The notes: a model not told the origin generated them from the letters alone. 64,000 bases of DNA from an uncultured cyanobacterium (GCA_963744145.1 CAVUSO010000001.1:3136001-3200000); one strand, 5' to 3'; numbered from the stretch's first letter, positions 32,136 to 43,556 are shown. Made by a program: numbers and translations.

Positions 32136-34692
32136 TCATCGCTGCCAAAGGATGCGTGTGTCTTCCAACGGGAGCGTCATGCCGTTATAGTGCGGTAGGA
32201 TGCGTGCCGTATAGTCCGTGGCTGGGCGTGTGGTGGGCACCTGTGCGCTAAAGCTGTAACCGTTTACCCAACCGTTGACCTTGTCCAATGGCTGATCGCG
32301 TTTCATCGCCCGCAGTTCCGTCTCGCTGTTGTTTACTCCATTGGCGTATAGTTCTACCCGTACACTCGTGGGGTCAAGGCTGCCGCAAGAGACCTCGACT
32401 GTGAATGTGTGCATCTCTGCGTCGCTCACCACCGTCATGGCGCCGAAACGCAGTGTATTCCATTGCTGTTCCAGCTTGTGCTGCCAGGTGGCGATTTGCT
32501 TGCCCACTGCGCCGTTGTTCGCCGCGCGATCGCGGTAGGTCGTTGCCGCTGGAAGGTAGTATTGCTCCGTATATGCCTGCACCGTGCGATTGGCGGAGAA
32601 GCGGGGTGTCAATTGCGCCATGCTGGCTCGCATCCGCTTGACCCAGGCAATGGGGATACCACTATCGTCACGGGTATAAAACTCCGGAATCACTTCCTGC
32701 TCTAGCAAGTCGTAGAGCGCATTGGCTTCCACCGCGTCCCAGGCAGGATCGTCGCCATGTTCCTGACCGTCACCCAACGCCCAGCCCACATCAGAACTGT
32801 AGGCTTCCGCCCACCAGCCATCCAACTCAGAGATATTGATGCCGCCATTGACGAGCACCTTCATACCACTCGTACCGCAAGCTTCCCAGGGTCGTCGTGG
32901 CGTGTTAATCCAGACATCTACCCCCTGCACCAGATGCTCGGTCAAAAGCATGTCATAATCACTGAGAAAGATTGCATGGGGGCGCATCCTGGGCTGCCGG
33001 ATGAACTGTACCCACTCCTGAATTAGGGCTTGCCCCGCCTGGTCTGCCGGGTGCGCCTTGCCAGCGATGATCAATTGTACTGGGCGCTCCGGATTGCTCA
33101 AGAGACGCAACAGGCGATCGCGATCGTGCAGCAGCAGGTTTGGTCTTTTGTAGGTCGCAAAGCGGCGGGCAAAGCCCAGTGTTAAGGCATTGGGATCAAA
33201 GAGATGCCTCGCCTGCTCAATCGTCTCAGGCAACTCACCCGCAGCAGCATAGTGCTGGGCTAAACGCTGGCGCGCATATACTACTAGAGACTTGCTAGCA
33301 GCAAGGCGAAATTGCCAAAGGGTGTTGTCGGAAACGCAACGCATATCCTGTTCGAGGGTTTCCGTCATGCCCAGCCAGCGGTCTTTGCCACAGAACTGAG
33401 TCCAGAGATCATCGGACGCAGACGAGTCCCACGTCGGCATGTGGACTCCGTTGGTCACATAACCAATGGGCACTTCGGACTCCGGCCAGCGGGGAAAAAG
33501 CGGCTCAAAAAGTTGCCGACTGACTTTTCCATGCAAGCGACTCACGCCATTCACTGCCCCGCTGCCACGGATTGCCAGATAAGCCATGTTGAAAGGCTCC
33601 GACGAATCATGCGGATTCTGGCGACCCAGAGCCAGCAAGTTGTGGACTGTAATGCCTAGCTTGTCTTGGGCATAACTACCGAGGTATTGTTTGATGATGG
33701 CTGGATCGAAGCGGTCAAAGCCAGCTGCCACTGCCGTGTGGGTGGTGAACAGGTTCCCCGATCTCGTGGCAGACAGTGCCACGTCAAACGGCTGCGCGTT
33801 TGCTTGCATGAAGCAATGGGCACGTTCCAAAATGGCGAAAGCCGCGTGTCCTTCATTGAGATGGCAGACTTCTGGCTGGATGTCGAGTGCGGCGAGCAAT
33901 CGCCAGCCACCAATGCCAAGCAGCATTTCCTGCTTGAGGCGTAACTCTGATCCGCCACCATACAGCTCGCTGGTAATGCCTCGATGGGCGGGAAAGTTGG
34001 CCGCGTCATTGCTGTCTAGCAGATAAAGTTTGACTCTGCCGACCTGAACCTGCCAGGTGCGTAGCCAAACCGAGTAACCGGGCAAGACGATCTCCAACCG
34101 CAACCACTCGCCGTTTGGGTGGCGTAACGGTGAAATTGGCAACTGTCCTGGGTCATTGTAGGGATAGAGGGCTTGCTGTGCGCCGTCCTTGTCAATCACC
34201 TGACGAAAATAGCCCTGCTGGTAGAGCAACCCTACACCAACCACTGGCACGCCCAGGTCACTAGCGGCTTTGAGCTGATCGCCAGCAACATTGCCGAGTC
34301 CGCCTGAGTAAATGGGTAACGCTTCACTCAGCATGAATTCCATACTGAAATACGCGACACATTTCAAGGGAGACTGCGGATATCGCAGCTGAAACCAGGC
34401 AGGTGCCGCTGCCCTTCTGATGCCTGATAAGTAACAGATCATCTACCTGCTTACGGAAGGCTGGATTGGCTAACAGACGCTGGAGTTTAGCCCTTGAGAC
34501 AGTCTGTAAGACTGCCCAAGGGTTTTTAGTGTACTCCCAAAGCACAGCATCAAGCTGCCGCCATACTTCATCGGTGGCATGATTCCACGCCCAGCGCAGA
34601 TCCAATGCCAGTTCAGCCAGGGCATCGAACCCCTCGCTTTCTGTAGGTAGAAGATTGTCAATGGGGTGGCTCCCACGATGATGACTGCTCAT
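32136..34692 (-). CDS. glgP: Alpha-glucan (glycogen) phosphorylase, 1-nt frameshift at ~34413
   Basis: LRWAWN N-terminus in 34324-34692. YFSMEF, YSGGLG, NEGH, RRFATYKR, EACGTSGMK in 32136-34442. Extra G in a GGG run. Confidence 0.92.
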
Positions 34693-34794
34693 GTTTTCTC
34701 CTTGGGTTAGCGATTGGACAGAATCTCCAGCTACTGCGGATATATCAAGCCCATTAGTGGCTCATTGCCTGTGACCGGATGCTGCTCCAATGTT

Positions 34795-36506
34795 TCAGGC
34801 TGGTTGCCTGTTGGCACCTTCTTTCTCCTTGCGGTTTGGCTCGGAGGCGATCCCTGCCTTATGTGGTGCTGCTAACGTAGCCATGACGATCGTTTGTGCT
34901 GCCTCAAGGATTTGGCGCAGATGCTCTGCTCCCTGGAAGCTCTCCGCATAGATTTTGTAAATCGGCTCGGTGCCTGACGGACGCGCTGCGAACCAGCCGC
35001 TTTCGGTCACTACTTTCAATCCACCAATGGGAGCACCATTACCTGGTGCATGGGTGAGTATCGTCTGGATTTTTTCGCCCGCTAGTTCGGTGATCGTCAC
35101 CTGGTGTGGTGAGAGGTTTGCCAACCGTTTCTTTTCCTCTGGCGTAGCAGGTGCCTGAACGCGATCATAGGCAGGCTCGCCAAACTCCTGCGTGAGTTTG
35201 CGGTAACTTTCGCCGAGATCGTGATCCGTCCGCGCTGTGATTTCCGCTGCCAGCAAACAGGGAACAAAGCCATCCTTGTCCGTTGTCCAGACGCTGCCAT
35301 CCAGACGAATAAACACCGAACCCGCACTCTCTTCGCCCGCAAAGCCCAGCGAGCCATCCAGCAAGCCTTCCACGAACCACTTAAAGCCAACTGGCACCTC
35401 AAAGAGCTTCCTGCCAAGCTTGACTACAAGTCGGTCAATCATCTGGCTGCTCACGATCGTTTTGCCGATCGCCACTGATTCGTGCCACTGCGGTCTGTTT
35501 TGAAAAAGATAGAAAATCGCCGCACAGAGGTCGTGATTAGGCGGCAGCAAGCCCTCGCTTTTGGTCACAATCCCATGCCGATCGTGGTCGGTATCGCAGG
35601 CGAAGGACAGATCAAAACGATCCTTCATCCCAAGCAGTCGTTGCATCGCATCGGGCGAAGAGGGTCGATCCGAATCTGACCATCCCAATCCACCGTCATA
35701 AAACGAAAGGTGGGATCGATCGTTTCATTGACAACCGTTAGGTTCAAACCATAGCGCTCCGCGATTCGCGCCCAGTAGTGGACACCAGCACCGCCAAGTG
35801 GATCAACGCCGAGATGGATCTTTGCACTGCGAATACTGTCCATGTCGATCACATTGCCCAGGTCGTTGACGTAGGCGGTCACATAGTCGTGTCGATGCGT
35901 CGTGGCATTACGCAGAGCCCGCTCGTAGGGAATACGTTTCACTCCCTGGAGTCGGGCTTCGAGCAGCACATTTGCCGTCGCTTCAATCCAACCAGTGATG
36001 CTAGTGTCGGCTGGTCCGCCACTGGGTGGGTTGTATTTGAAGCCACCGTCATGGGGCGGATTGTGGGAGGGGGTGATCACAATCCCATCGGCGCATCCGC
36101 TTCTTCGCTGGCGGTTGTAGGTCAGGATCGCATGGGAAATCACTGGAGTTGGGGTGTATTCATCGCCTTCAGCAAGCATCACTTCGACGCCATTTGCCGC
36201 CAGTACCTCAAGGGCAGTGGCACAAGCCGGAACGGAAAGTGCGTGCGTATCAATGCCGAGATACAGCGGTCCAGTGATTTTTTGTCGCATACGATAGAGA
36301 CAAATCGCCTGGGTAATCGCGAGAATGTGCCATTCGTTGAAAGTCTGCTGGAACGATGAGCCACGATGTCCTGATGTGCCAAACGCCACTCGTTGTTCTG
36401 GTAGGGATGGGTCAGGGACTTCAGTGTAGTAGGCGGTGATGAGCCGTGGCACATCGACTAATATTTCCAGTGGCGCAGGCTTTCCGGCCAGGGAACTGAT
36501 TTTCAT
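34795..36506 (-). CDS. pgm: Phosphoglucomutase, 1-nt frameshift at ~35663
   Basis: [34 protein letters not shown] across two frames. One C missing in GACCC(C)TCT. Confidence 0.92.
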
Positions 36507-36886
36507 GATGCTTTCCTCAAAGTCCGTGATGACCGCTCATATCCTGGGTGTCGGCGTGGCTATCGGCGATCGCCTACTCGAAGGTGGATGGATTCGATGT
36601 CATCCCCCACCCGCTATCCTTCACAATTAAACGCCGCTTGCTCCCTTCTCCTTGGGGGAGAAATGCTGGGGATGAGAGCAAAGTTAGCAACTTACGAAAG
36701 TGATATGCTCCCGTGAAAATGCTTGCTGCTATCTACTTAAAAGATGCTGGGTGAATAGGAATTATCCTGACATTTATTTCTCATTTCCATTGTTTGATTT
36801 GTTTGATTTGCTTAATATCTTGATTTTTATTGATATTAGAAATCAAGGATTCACACTCTAGGCAGAAAGTCCATTAAACATTAGTC

Positions 36887-37140
36887 CAGGACTTACGCAA
36901 CTGGCACAAATCAAATCGGTTAATAAAAGGAAAGTGAAGGTGGAATTGACATTAAAATGAAAGTATAGTAAAGTAGCCGGCCTATTTAGAAAAAAAACTA
37001 TCCATCCAGGTTGAAACGGAAATGAAATTTAGCAAATTAGATTACTGCCGCCAATATTTAATCAGTAGCCAAATCAACTATACCTTAACTGACCTAGCTG
37101 AACACTTAGAAAATATTAGCTATGACAAAATTAACCGCTA
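36887..37140 (+). mobile_element. Truncated IS 5' end (probably IS701 family)
   Basis: CAGGACTTACGCAACTGGCAC end. ORF MKFSKLDYC.QYLISSQINYTLTDLAEHL..ISYDKINRY resembles cyanobacterial IS701 transposase N-termini, then breaks off. Confidence 0.6.
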
Positions 37141-37177
37141 TATCAATACTTTGATGTGGATAATCGACAAAAAAAAG

Positions 37178-37270
37178 TTTGTAACGATTTGCAAGTTTTT
37201 AGAACTAAATATACAAATTATACGCTGAACAAACTATTAGTTAAACACGACTTCTAATCGAAGCATGTTA
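37178..37270 (+). promoter_or_regulatory. Conserved upstream module copy C with HLR1-like repeat
   Basis: TTTGTAAC-GA-TTTGCAAG...TATACAAATTATAC...GTTAAACA...CGAAGCATGT. Confidence 0.65.
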
Positions 37271-37401
37271 TTACTTTAACAAGTAGTTATTAGATATAAC
37301 GGAAGTTTTACGTTGAATGGAAACAATAAATAAAAGTGGTTGGCATGATTGGCAAAACTTTGTAGTTGAGCGAAAAGTAGAAGAAAGTGGGTTTTTAGAT
37401 A

Positions 37402-37627
37402 AACCCTCGAAAAGGGGGAATAGGGAAAATGTAGGCTCATGCCTTGGTAAACAGACAGATAATAGCATCCACATAACCAGTCTCAAAAAGTTTACTTTCT
37501 GAGACTCACCCAAATCATGTCTCTTTTCATATCTCAAAATAGAATTCTCTCAAAGTCTAAGGAATTATGAGACATGAATCCACCACTTTTTAGCCATAAA
37601 ACTCTTAATCCCCCTTTTCGAGGGGTT
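37402..37627. mobile_element. MITE or internally deleted IS
   Basis: Inverted ends AACCCTCGAAAAGGGGGA (37402-37419) / TCCCCCTTTTCGAGGGGTT (37609-37627). Confidence 0.55.
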
Positions 37628-37633
37628 ATGCAA

Positions 37634-37719
37634 ACAACCCCAACCCCAGTGATTCCCCATCCGATCCTAACCTACAACCGCCAGCGAAGAAACGGATGCG
37701 CCGATGGGATTGCGATCAC
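37634..37719 (+). pseudogene. Inverted fragment of pgm
   Basis: [28 protein letters not shown] vs [28 protein letters not shown] in pgm (~36075-36157, minus strand). Confidence 0.85.
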
Positions 37720-37916
37720 GCGCTTCAGGGCGAGTACAAGGGCGCGATCGCCTCTCCAAGATGACAATACCGAAAAAACAAGAGACGCAATAAAGACAAT
37801 CCTCTAAAACAATTGGGAACCCTCGGCTTGGGATGAAAAAGCAGCCTTGAACCACAGTGACTAAAATCTATTCCCCCTAACCGTTCTATTAAAAAAATGC
37901 CAAAGGAATACCCATT

Positions 37917-40427
37917 ATGAAACCCGTTGCCGATCGACCCAAAGCTACCAAAGCAAGTCCTGATCCGAAGGACGATCTGAAAACCCTGCCTATAGAACAA
38001 CTAAAGGCAAAACTGGAATCGTCGCCAGAGGGACTCAGTCAAGACGAGGCGAGTAAACGGCTGAAGCACTATAGCCCCAACGAGATAAAAGAAGAGAAAA
38101 CCAATCCATACCTGAAATTCCTCAGCTATTTTTGGGGACCCATTCCATGGATGATCGAGGTAGCGGTGATTCTGTCAGGTGTGGTTCGGCACTGGCCGGA
38201 TTTTTTCATCATTCTGGTGTTGCTGGTTTCCAATGCCGTGGTCGGCTTCTGGGAAGAACACGAAGCAGGGAATGCGATCGCCGCACTGAAGGCCAAGCTG
38301 TCCGTCAAGGCGCGGGTGAAACGGGATGGTAAGTGGATCACCCCGCCATCCCGTGAATTGGTACCGGGCGACGTGATCCGCTTGCGCTTGGGTGACATTG
38401 TGCCGGCAGATGCCCGCCTGTTGGAGGGTGACTCGGTAGAGGTAGATCAGTCGGCACTTACGGGCGAATCCCTGCCTGCCACTCGTAAACCAGGCGAGGC
38501 TGTCTTTTCTGGTTCAATCATTCGTCAGGGTGAAATTGATGCGCTCGTCTATGCTACGGGCACGCATACCTACTTCGGTAAGACGGCACAACTGGTGCAG
38601 ACGGCACACACCGTCAGCCATTTTCAAAAGGCGGTTTTGAAGATTGGTAATTACCTGATTCTCCTAGCTCTGGCGCTGGTGACGTTAATTATGACTGTCG
38701 CGATTTCCCGAGGAGATCCGATCCTCACCACCTTGCAGTTCGCTCTGGTGTTGACCGTGGCTGCGATTCCGGTGGCAATGCCAACGGTGCTATCGGTGAC
38801 GATGGCAGTGGGTGCGCGACTACTCGCAAAGAAACAAGCGATAGTGAGCAAGTTAGTGGCGATCGAAGAATTGGCAGGCGTGGATATGCTATGCGCGGAC
38901 AAGACGGGCACGCTGACCCAAAATAAGCTGACCCTGGGCGATCCGTTTTGCGTGAACAATATTTCCGCCGAGCAAGTAATTCTCAATGGCGCGTTGGCAT
39001 CGCGCAGTGCCAACAACGACACCATTGATCTGGCAGTTATCGGTGGACTAAAGAGTAAAGACGCGTTGCAGGGCTATCAGATTGAACATTTTCAGCCCTT
39101 CGATCCGGTGCATAAACGCACTGAGGCCACCATCAAGAGCAAGGATGGCAAAGAATTCAAAGTGACGAAGGGTGCGCCGCAGGTGATTCTGGCTCTGGAC
39201 GATAATGCAGGGCAGGTGAAGTCCGTTGTCGAAAAGGCGGTCAACGACTTCGCTGCGCGTGGCTTTCGGTCGTTGGGCGTGGCGCGAGCTGAGGGTGACG
39301 GTTCATGGCAGTTTGTGGGTGTATTGCCATTGTTTGATCCGCCCCGGGACGATGCCAAGTCAACCATTGCCACCGCCGACAAGATAGGCGTTCAGATCAA
39401 GATGGTAACGGGGGATGCCCTCGCGATCGCGCATGAAACGGCTACAAAACTGGGGATGGGTGCAAACATCCTGGATGCTAGCAGCCTAGGTGACGTTAAG
39501 CAACAGGAGACGGCTGAGTCTACGGAGTTGATCGAGAAAGCAGATGGTTTCGCCCAGGTGTTCCCCGAACACAAGTTCCACATTGTAGACGTCCTGCAAA
39601 AGCAAGGACACATTGTCGGCATGACGGGTGATGGTGTGAATGATGCTCCGGCGCTGAAGCAAGCCGATTGCGGCATTGCCGTTTCAGACGCGACCGATGC
39701 AGCGCGGGCAGCGGCAGACATCGTCTTGATGACACCGGGACTGTCGGTGATTATTGACGCGATCAAGGAGAGCCGCCGCATTTTCCAACGCATGAACAGC
39801 TATGCGATCTACCGCATCGCCGAGACACTGCGCGTGCTGTTCTTCATGACGCTGGCGATTCTGGTCTTCAATTTTTATCCCTTGACGGCAGTGATGATTG
39901 TCATGCTGGCGTTGCTCAACGACGCTGCCATCCTGTCCATCGCCTATGACAATGTTCATTACCGGGATAAGCCCGAGACATGGAATATGCGCTTGGTGCT
40001 GGGGATCGCTACGGTGCTGGGCGTCGTCGGTCCCATCGCTGCATTTGGCCTCTTCTATCTCGGTGACCAGGTTTTCCACCTTGATCGTCCCCATATTCAG
40101 ACACTGATGTATCTCATGCTGTCCGTGGCAGGACATCTGACGATCTTTCAGGCACGTACACGCGGCCCTTTCTGGTCTGTCTGTCCGGCACGGATTCTGT
40201 GGGTTGCGGTAATTGGCACGCAGATGCTAGCGACATTAATTGCGGTTTATGGGCTTTTTATGACACCGCTTGGTTGGGGCTGGGCGCTGTTCGTCTGGGG
40301 CTATGCCGTGGTTTGGTTTCTGGTGACTGACCGCGTGAAACTGCTCGCTTATTGGCTTTTGAGTGCGTCACGATCAAGACGCCAGCGTTCTCTAAAAGCA
40401 ACTTCAGTCTTCGATATTGGACTGTGA
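37917..40427 (+). CDS. Plasma-membrane-type proton-efflux P-type ATPase (P3A)
   Basis: FWGPIPWMIE, TGES, AIPVAMP, DKTGTLT, PFDPVHKRT, KGAPQ, TGDGVND, ALLND. Confidence 0.93.
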   Translation: MKPVADRPKATKASPDPKDDLKTLPIEQLKAKLESSPEGLSQDEASKRLKHYSPNEIKEEKTNPYLKFLSYFWGPIPWMIEVAVILSGVVRHWPDFFIILVLLVSNAVVGFWEEHEAGNAIAALKAKLSVKARVKRDGKWITPPSRELVPGDVIRLRLGDIVPADARLLEGDSVEVDQSALTGESLPATRKPGEAVFSGSIIRQGEIDALVYATGTHTYFGKTAQLVQTAHTVSHFQKAVLKIGNYLILLALALVTLIMTVAISRGDPILTTLQFALVLTVAAIPVAMPTVLSVTMAVGARLLAKKQAIVSKLVAIEELAGVDMLCADKTGTLTQNKLTLGDPFCVNNISAEQVILNGALASRSANNDTIDLAVIGGLKSKDALQGYQIEHFQPFDPVHKRTEATIKSKDGKEFKVTKGAPQVILALDDNAGQVKSVVEKAVNDFAARGFRSLGVARAEGDGSWQFVGVLPLFDPPRDDAKSTIATADKIGVQIKMVTGDALAIAHETATKLGMGANILDASSLGDVKQQETAESTELIEKADGFAQVFPEHKFHIVDVLQKQGHIVGMTGDGVNDAPALKQADCGIAVSDATDAARAAADIVLMTPGLSVIIDAIKESRRIFQRMNSYAIYRIAETLRVLFFMTLAILVFNFYPLTAVMIVMLALLNDAAILSIAYDNVHYRDKPETWNMRLVLGIATVLGVVGPIAAFGLFYLGDQVFHLDRPHIQTLMYLMLSVAGHLTIFQARTRGPFWSVCPARILWVAVIGTQMLATLIAVYGLFMTPLGWGWALFVWGYAVVWFLVTDRVKLLAYWLLSASRSRRQRSLKATSVFDIGL

Positions 40428-40545
40428 ACGGGAGCAAGGCACTGAAAAGCCCTTCCAGACAAGTAGAACATCATCTTCGAGTCCCGCTAGAACAAAGCCC
40501 TGCTGACAATGCTTTCACTATCACCACTTTGGAGCGCAATACTTT

Positions 40546-41112
40546 ATGTCTCACTACCTGGAAGCAAATGCTCATCCTTCAGACCAACAGCAAGCCGCTA
40601 AGTTACTGCGATGGCTGGGCTGGGCTGGTTTTTGGCTACAGCTTGTTTTAACCGTTGTTTCTGGACTGATTTTAGGGTTTGCGGTGCTAGATCCAAATCT
40701 CAACCTCAACCTCAAATCGGGCATCGGTTTGCTGTCCGTGCTTGGGGGCATAGCGGCGTTAGGCTTCAGCCTCTACTGGTGCTTTCGCTATGTTCGCCTT
40801 GGGCGGCAATTGGATGCAACAGAGCCTGCTTTACATCCTGGTCGCAAGGAAACCATTCAAGTGTTGCAGCTCGGTGTTTTAGTCAACTTGATAGCGATGT
40901 TATTGACGTTAGTCAGTATTGAAACGATTGTTGGCAGCCTGCTGCTCAAAACGCTATCGTTGCCACAAGGTGCGGCTGTCTATCGCACAGGGCAACTGAT
41001 TGAGCCGATCGATATTTTTGTTGTCCAGGCAAATATCAGCATGATTATGGCTCAATTTGTGGGCATCAGCATTCCCTTTTGGTTGGCAAGCCGTGTGGAA
41101 CACCGCTTATAG
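40546..41112 (+). CDS. DUF3611 (Tic21-like) membrane protein
   Basis: GW.GFWLQLVL...DIFVVQAN pattern. Confidence 0.75.
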   Translation: MSHYLEANAHPSDQQQAAKLLRWLGWAGFWLQLVLTVVSGLILGFAVLDPNLNLNLKSGIGLLSVLGGIAALGFSLYWCFRYVRLGRQLDATEPALHPGRKETIQVLQLGVLVNLIAMLLTLVSIETIVGSLLLKTLSLPQGAAVYRTGQLIEPIDIFVVQANISMIMAQFVGISIPFWLASRVEHRL

Positions 41113-41274
41113 CGATCGCTATGAGCGCTTTAATCGTGATTGCGTTGAATAATTTTCTAAGGTACTCCCTGACTGAATATAAACTATGCAACAGAGAGTA
41201 CTGTAGGATTGATTGATAAGTTATCTTAATGGCTTCATCAAGGTAGTTGAGGGGCACCACCGATATTTACCGTT

Positions 41275-41823
41275 TTAATTTGATGGTTGAGAATGAGTTT
41301 TAGGCTGTTGTTCATGTTCTTGTTTTTGTTCAGGTGTTAAGATTGCATTAAGTTGGCTTTTTTCATTTTCGTAAATTGTTTTGAGTTCTGATTTTTGGGC
41401 ACTCGTAAGAGTTAGATTAGCCTTGCGATGTTGTTTTCTAGCAATCTGAAGCTGTGTTTTTTGTTCAGCAGTAAGAACAACTGCTATTTTTTCGTGAATA
41501 GACTCATGAATTGATTTTACTTGTGATTTCTGATCATCACTCAAGTTGAGGTCAAATTTTTGTTCTGGTTCTACTATAGGTTCAAGCTGTGCTTTTTGTT
41601 CAGCAGTGAGAACAGCATCCATTTGTTGCCGAGTAGACTGATAAATTGATTTGATTTGTGATTTTTGATCGTCGCTCAGATTCAGATTTTTGAATTCATC
41701 AGCTTGTTCATCTATATGAGCTGATTCTACAATAGCAAACTCAGTGAAAGAAAAAATCACAGGTACAGCAGTAATATTTAAATCAATTACACTGGGTAAT
41801 AGAAAATAAGTTTCAAGTTGCAT
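41275..41823 (-). CDS. Spy/CpxP-like (LTxxQ) repeat protein
   Basis: LNLSDDQKSQ(I/V)KSI twice, LTAEQK twice, LTPEQK. Confidence 0.75.
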   Translation of the reverse strand: MQLETYFLLPSVIDLNITAVPVIFSFTEFAIVESAHIDEQADEFKNLNLSDDQKSQIKSIYQSTRQQMDAVLTAEQKAQLEPIVEPEQKFDLNLSDDQKSQVKSIHESIHEKIAVVLTAEQKTQLQIARKQHRKANLTLTSAQKSELKTIYENEKSQLNAILTPEQKQEHEQQPKTHSQPSN

Positions 41824-42098
41824 GGTAAAAATCCTAATATCTTTAACCTACTTTATATGATAGTTGTTTAAATCTTTAAGCAACAGATTAAAAAGTAATT
41901 ACTTCAATAAGTAGAAAGGTCATATCTAATAGTAATAATGCAATATTTTGTACTAAATATATAGCGGGTTTACATTCTAACAATGTCAAGAAAGAGTTTA
42001 GTTATTGGGATTAAAATAATCGGAGGAAGAGGGCAGATTCTCTGGCTACAATATTCTAGCCCATCAATGGATTACACAATTGTAATTCATTGATCAAG

Positions 42099-42215
42099 TT
42101 TGTAACGATTTGTAAGCTTTTAATACTAAGTATACAAATTATACACTCATCAAACGTTTTGTTAAACATTATTTATAACAGAAGTGTGTTAGACTGATAT
42201 TCTATTAATAAATTG
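42099..42215 (+). promoter_or_regulatory. Conserved upstream module copy D with near-perfect HLR1 repeat
   Basis: TTTGTAAC-GA-TTTGTAAG is the reverse complement of (G/T)TTACA(T/A)(T/A)-N2-(G/T)TTACA(T/A)(T/A) with 1 mismatch. Confidence 0.72.
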
Positions 42216-42284
42216 ATCAGACCTATTTTGTTTGTAGCAGTGCAAAAATATCCTTGCTCAAACAGCCATCTTAAGAGTTTTAAC

Positions 42285-42590
42285 ATGAACAGTCTCTTTT
42301 TTTTACCAGTTACTTTAGGATTAGGAATTTTAATAGGAAATTTTTTCTTTCGTAGTTTGTGGATGACCATCCAGAAATTACCTACAACCCAAAGCCCAAT
42401 TTTATTAACATTAGGCAGCTTTTTTGGACGGTTAGCGATCGCGATCGCTGGATTTATTTTAGTGCTAGTGATCGCTCAAGAAAACGCACTTTGGCATCTT
42501 CTCGTTTGTTTAGGTGCGTTCATTTGGGTACGCAATCACACTATTGAAAAGTTGCAGCGGAAATGGTCAAGGAGACTCAATGCAGATTAG
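42285..42590 (+). CDS. atpR: N-ATPase subunit AtpR
   Basis: Hydrophobic ~101 aa, LWMTIQKL...SFFGRL. Overlaps the atpB start. Confidence 0.8.
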   Translation: MNSLFFLPVTLGLGILIGNFFFRSLWMTIQKLPTTQSPILLTLGSFFGRLAIAIAGFILVLVIAQENALWHLLVCLGAFIWVRNHTIEKLQRKWSRRLNAD

Positions 42591-43257
42591 TCCGGATCAG
42601 ATCGTATTTTACCAGCAGGGATTTGTGTCGATTAATGCCACTCTGGTTTTTACATGGATGATCATGCTGCTGTTAGGTGTTGGTGCTTGGTTAGTGACGC
42701 GCAAACTCTCGACAGACACACAGATATCCCACTGGCAAAACCTCCTGGAAGTCTTAGTGATCAACTTACGCGATCAAATTCAGCAAACCAGTGGACAAAA
42801 TCCCGATCGCTATTTGCCCTTTGTCGGAACCCTGTTTGTTTTTATTGCTACCTCCAATCTATTAGCGATCGTTCCTGGTTATCAGGCACCTACTGCTTCA
42901 CTCTCCACCACTGCTGCTCTCGCAATCTGTGTATTTTTTTCCGTTCCTGTTTTTGGAATTAGTCAGCAAGGAATCTGGAAATATCTGCACCACTATATAG
43001 AGCCAATCCCCATCTTATTTCCCTTTTATCTAATTAGTGAACTCTCACGGACCTTAGCTTTAGCAGTACGGTTGTTTGGGAATGTGATGAGTGAAGGGAT
43101 GATTGGAGCGATTTTACTATCAATAGCGCCATTCTTCTTTCCAGTCATTATGAAGGCTTTAGGCTTATTGACAGGTTTAGTTCAAGCATATATTTTCGCA
43201 ATTTTAGCAGTTGTTTATATTGGTTCTGCCAGGAGTGAAGAAGATGGCTCAAAGTGA
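42580..43257 (+). CDS. atpB: N-ATPase subunit a
   Basis: APTASLST, SRTLALAVRLFGN, QAYIF. Confidence 0.95.
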   Translation: MQISPDQIVFYQQGFVSINATLVFTWMIMLLLGVGAWLVTRKLSTDTQISHWQNLLEVLVINLRDQIQQTSGQNPDRYLPFVGTLFVFIATSNLLAIVPGYQAPTASLSTTAALAICVFFSVPVFGISQQGIWKYLHHYIEPIPILFPFYLISELSRTLALAVRLFGNVMSEGMIGAILLSIAPFFFPVIMKALGLLTGLVQAYIFAILAVVYIGSARSEEDGSK

Positions 43258-43552
43258 ATCACTATCTCTGATATTGGGAATTATTGGCCCCGTATCAATC
43301 TTAACCGCAGGACTGACTATGGCGATCGGATCAATCGGTCCAGCTCTCGGTGAAGGTAAATCCGTTGCTCAAGCCCTCAGTTCGATCGCTCAACAACCCG
43401 ACGAAGTAAATACCATTACCCGCACCTTATTTGTGGGATTAGCTTTTATCGAATCCGTCGCGATTTATTGCTTTGTCATCGCGTTAATTATTCTGTTTGC
43501 TAATCCATTCTGGAGCTATGTGGTCGCAGCGATCGCTAAAGCAGGAGCGTGA
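43244..43552 (+). CDS. atpE: N-ATPase subunit c
   Basis: GPALGEG, QQPD, FIESVAIY, FANPF. Confidence 0.95.
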   Translation: MAQSESLSLILGIIGPVSILTAGLTMAIGSIGPALGEGKSVAQALSSIAQQPDEVNTITRTLFVGLAFIESVAIYCFVIALIILFANPFWSYVVAAIAKAGA

Positions 43553-43556
43553 GCAA

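Noticed and set aside
11938..40136. Many 60-190 aa antisense or alternate-frame ORFs over xfp, ackA, fba, glgX, glgP, pgm and the H+-ATPase
   Set aside because: Shadow ORFs expected in GC-richer coding DNA; no motifs or RBS support
42130..42144. NtcA site in the repeated upstream module
   Set aside because: GTA-N9-TAC spacing rather than N8, and the GTA is not conserved in the other copies
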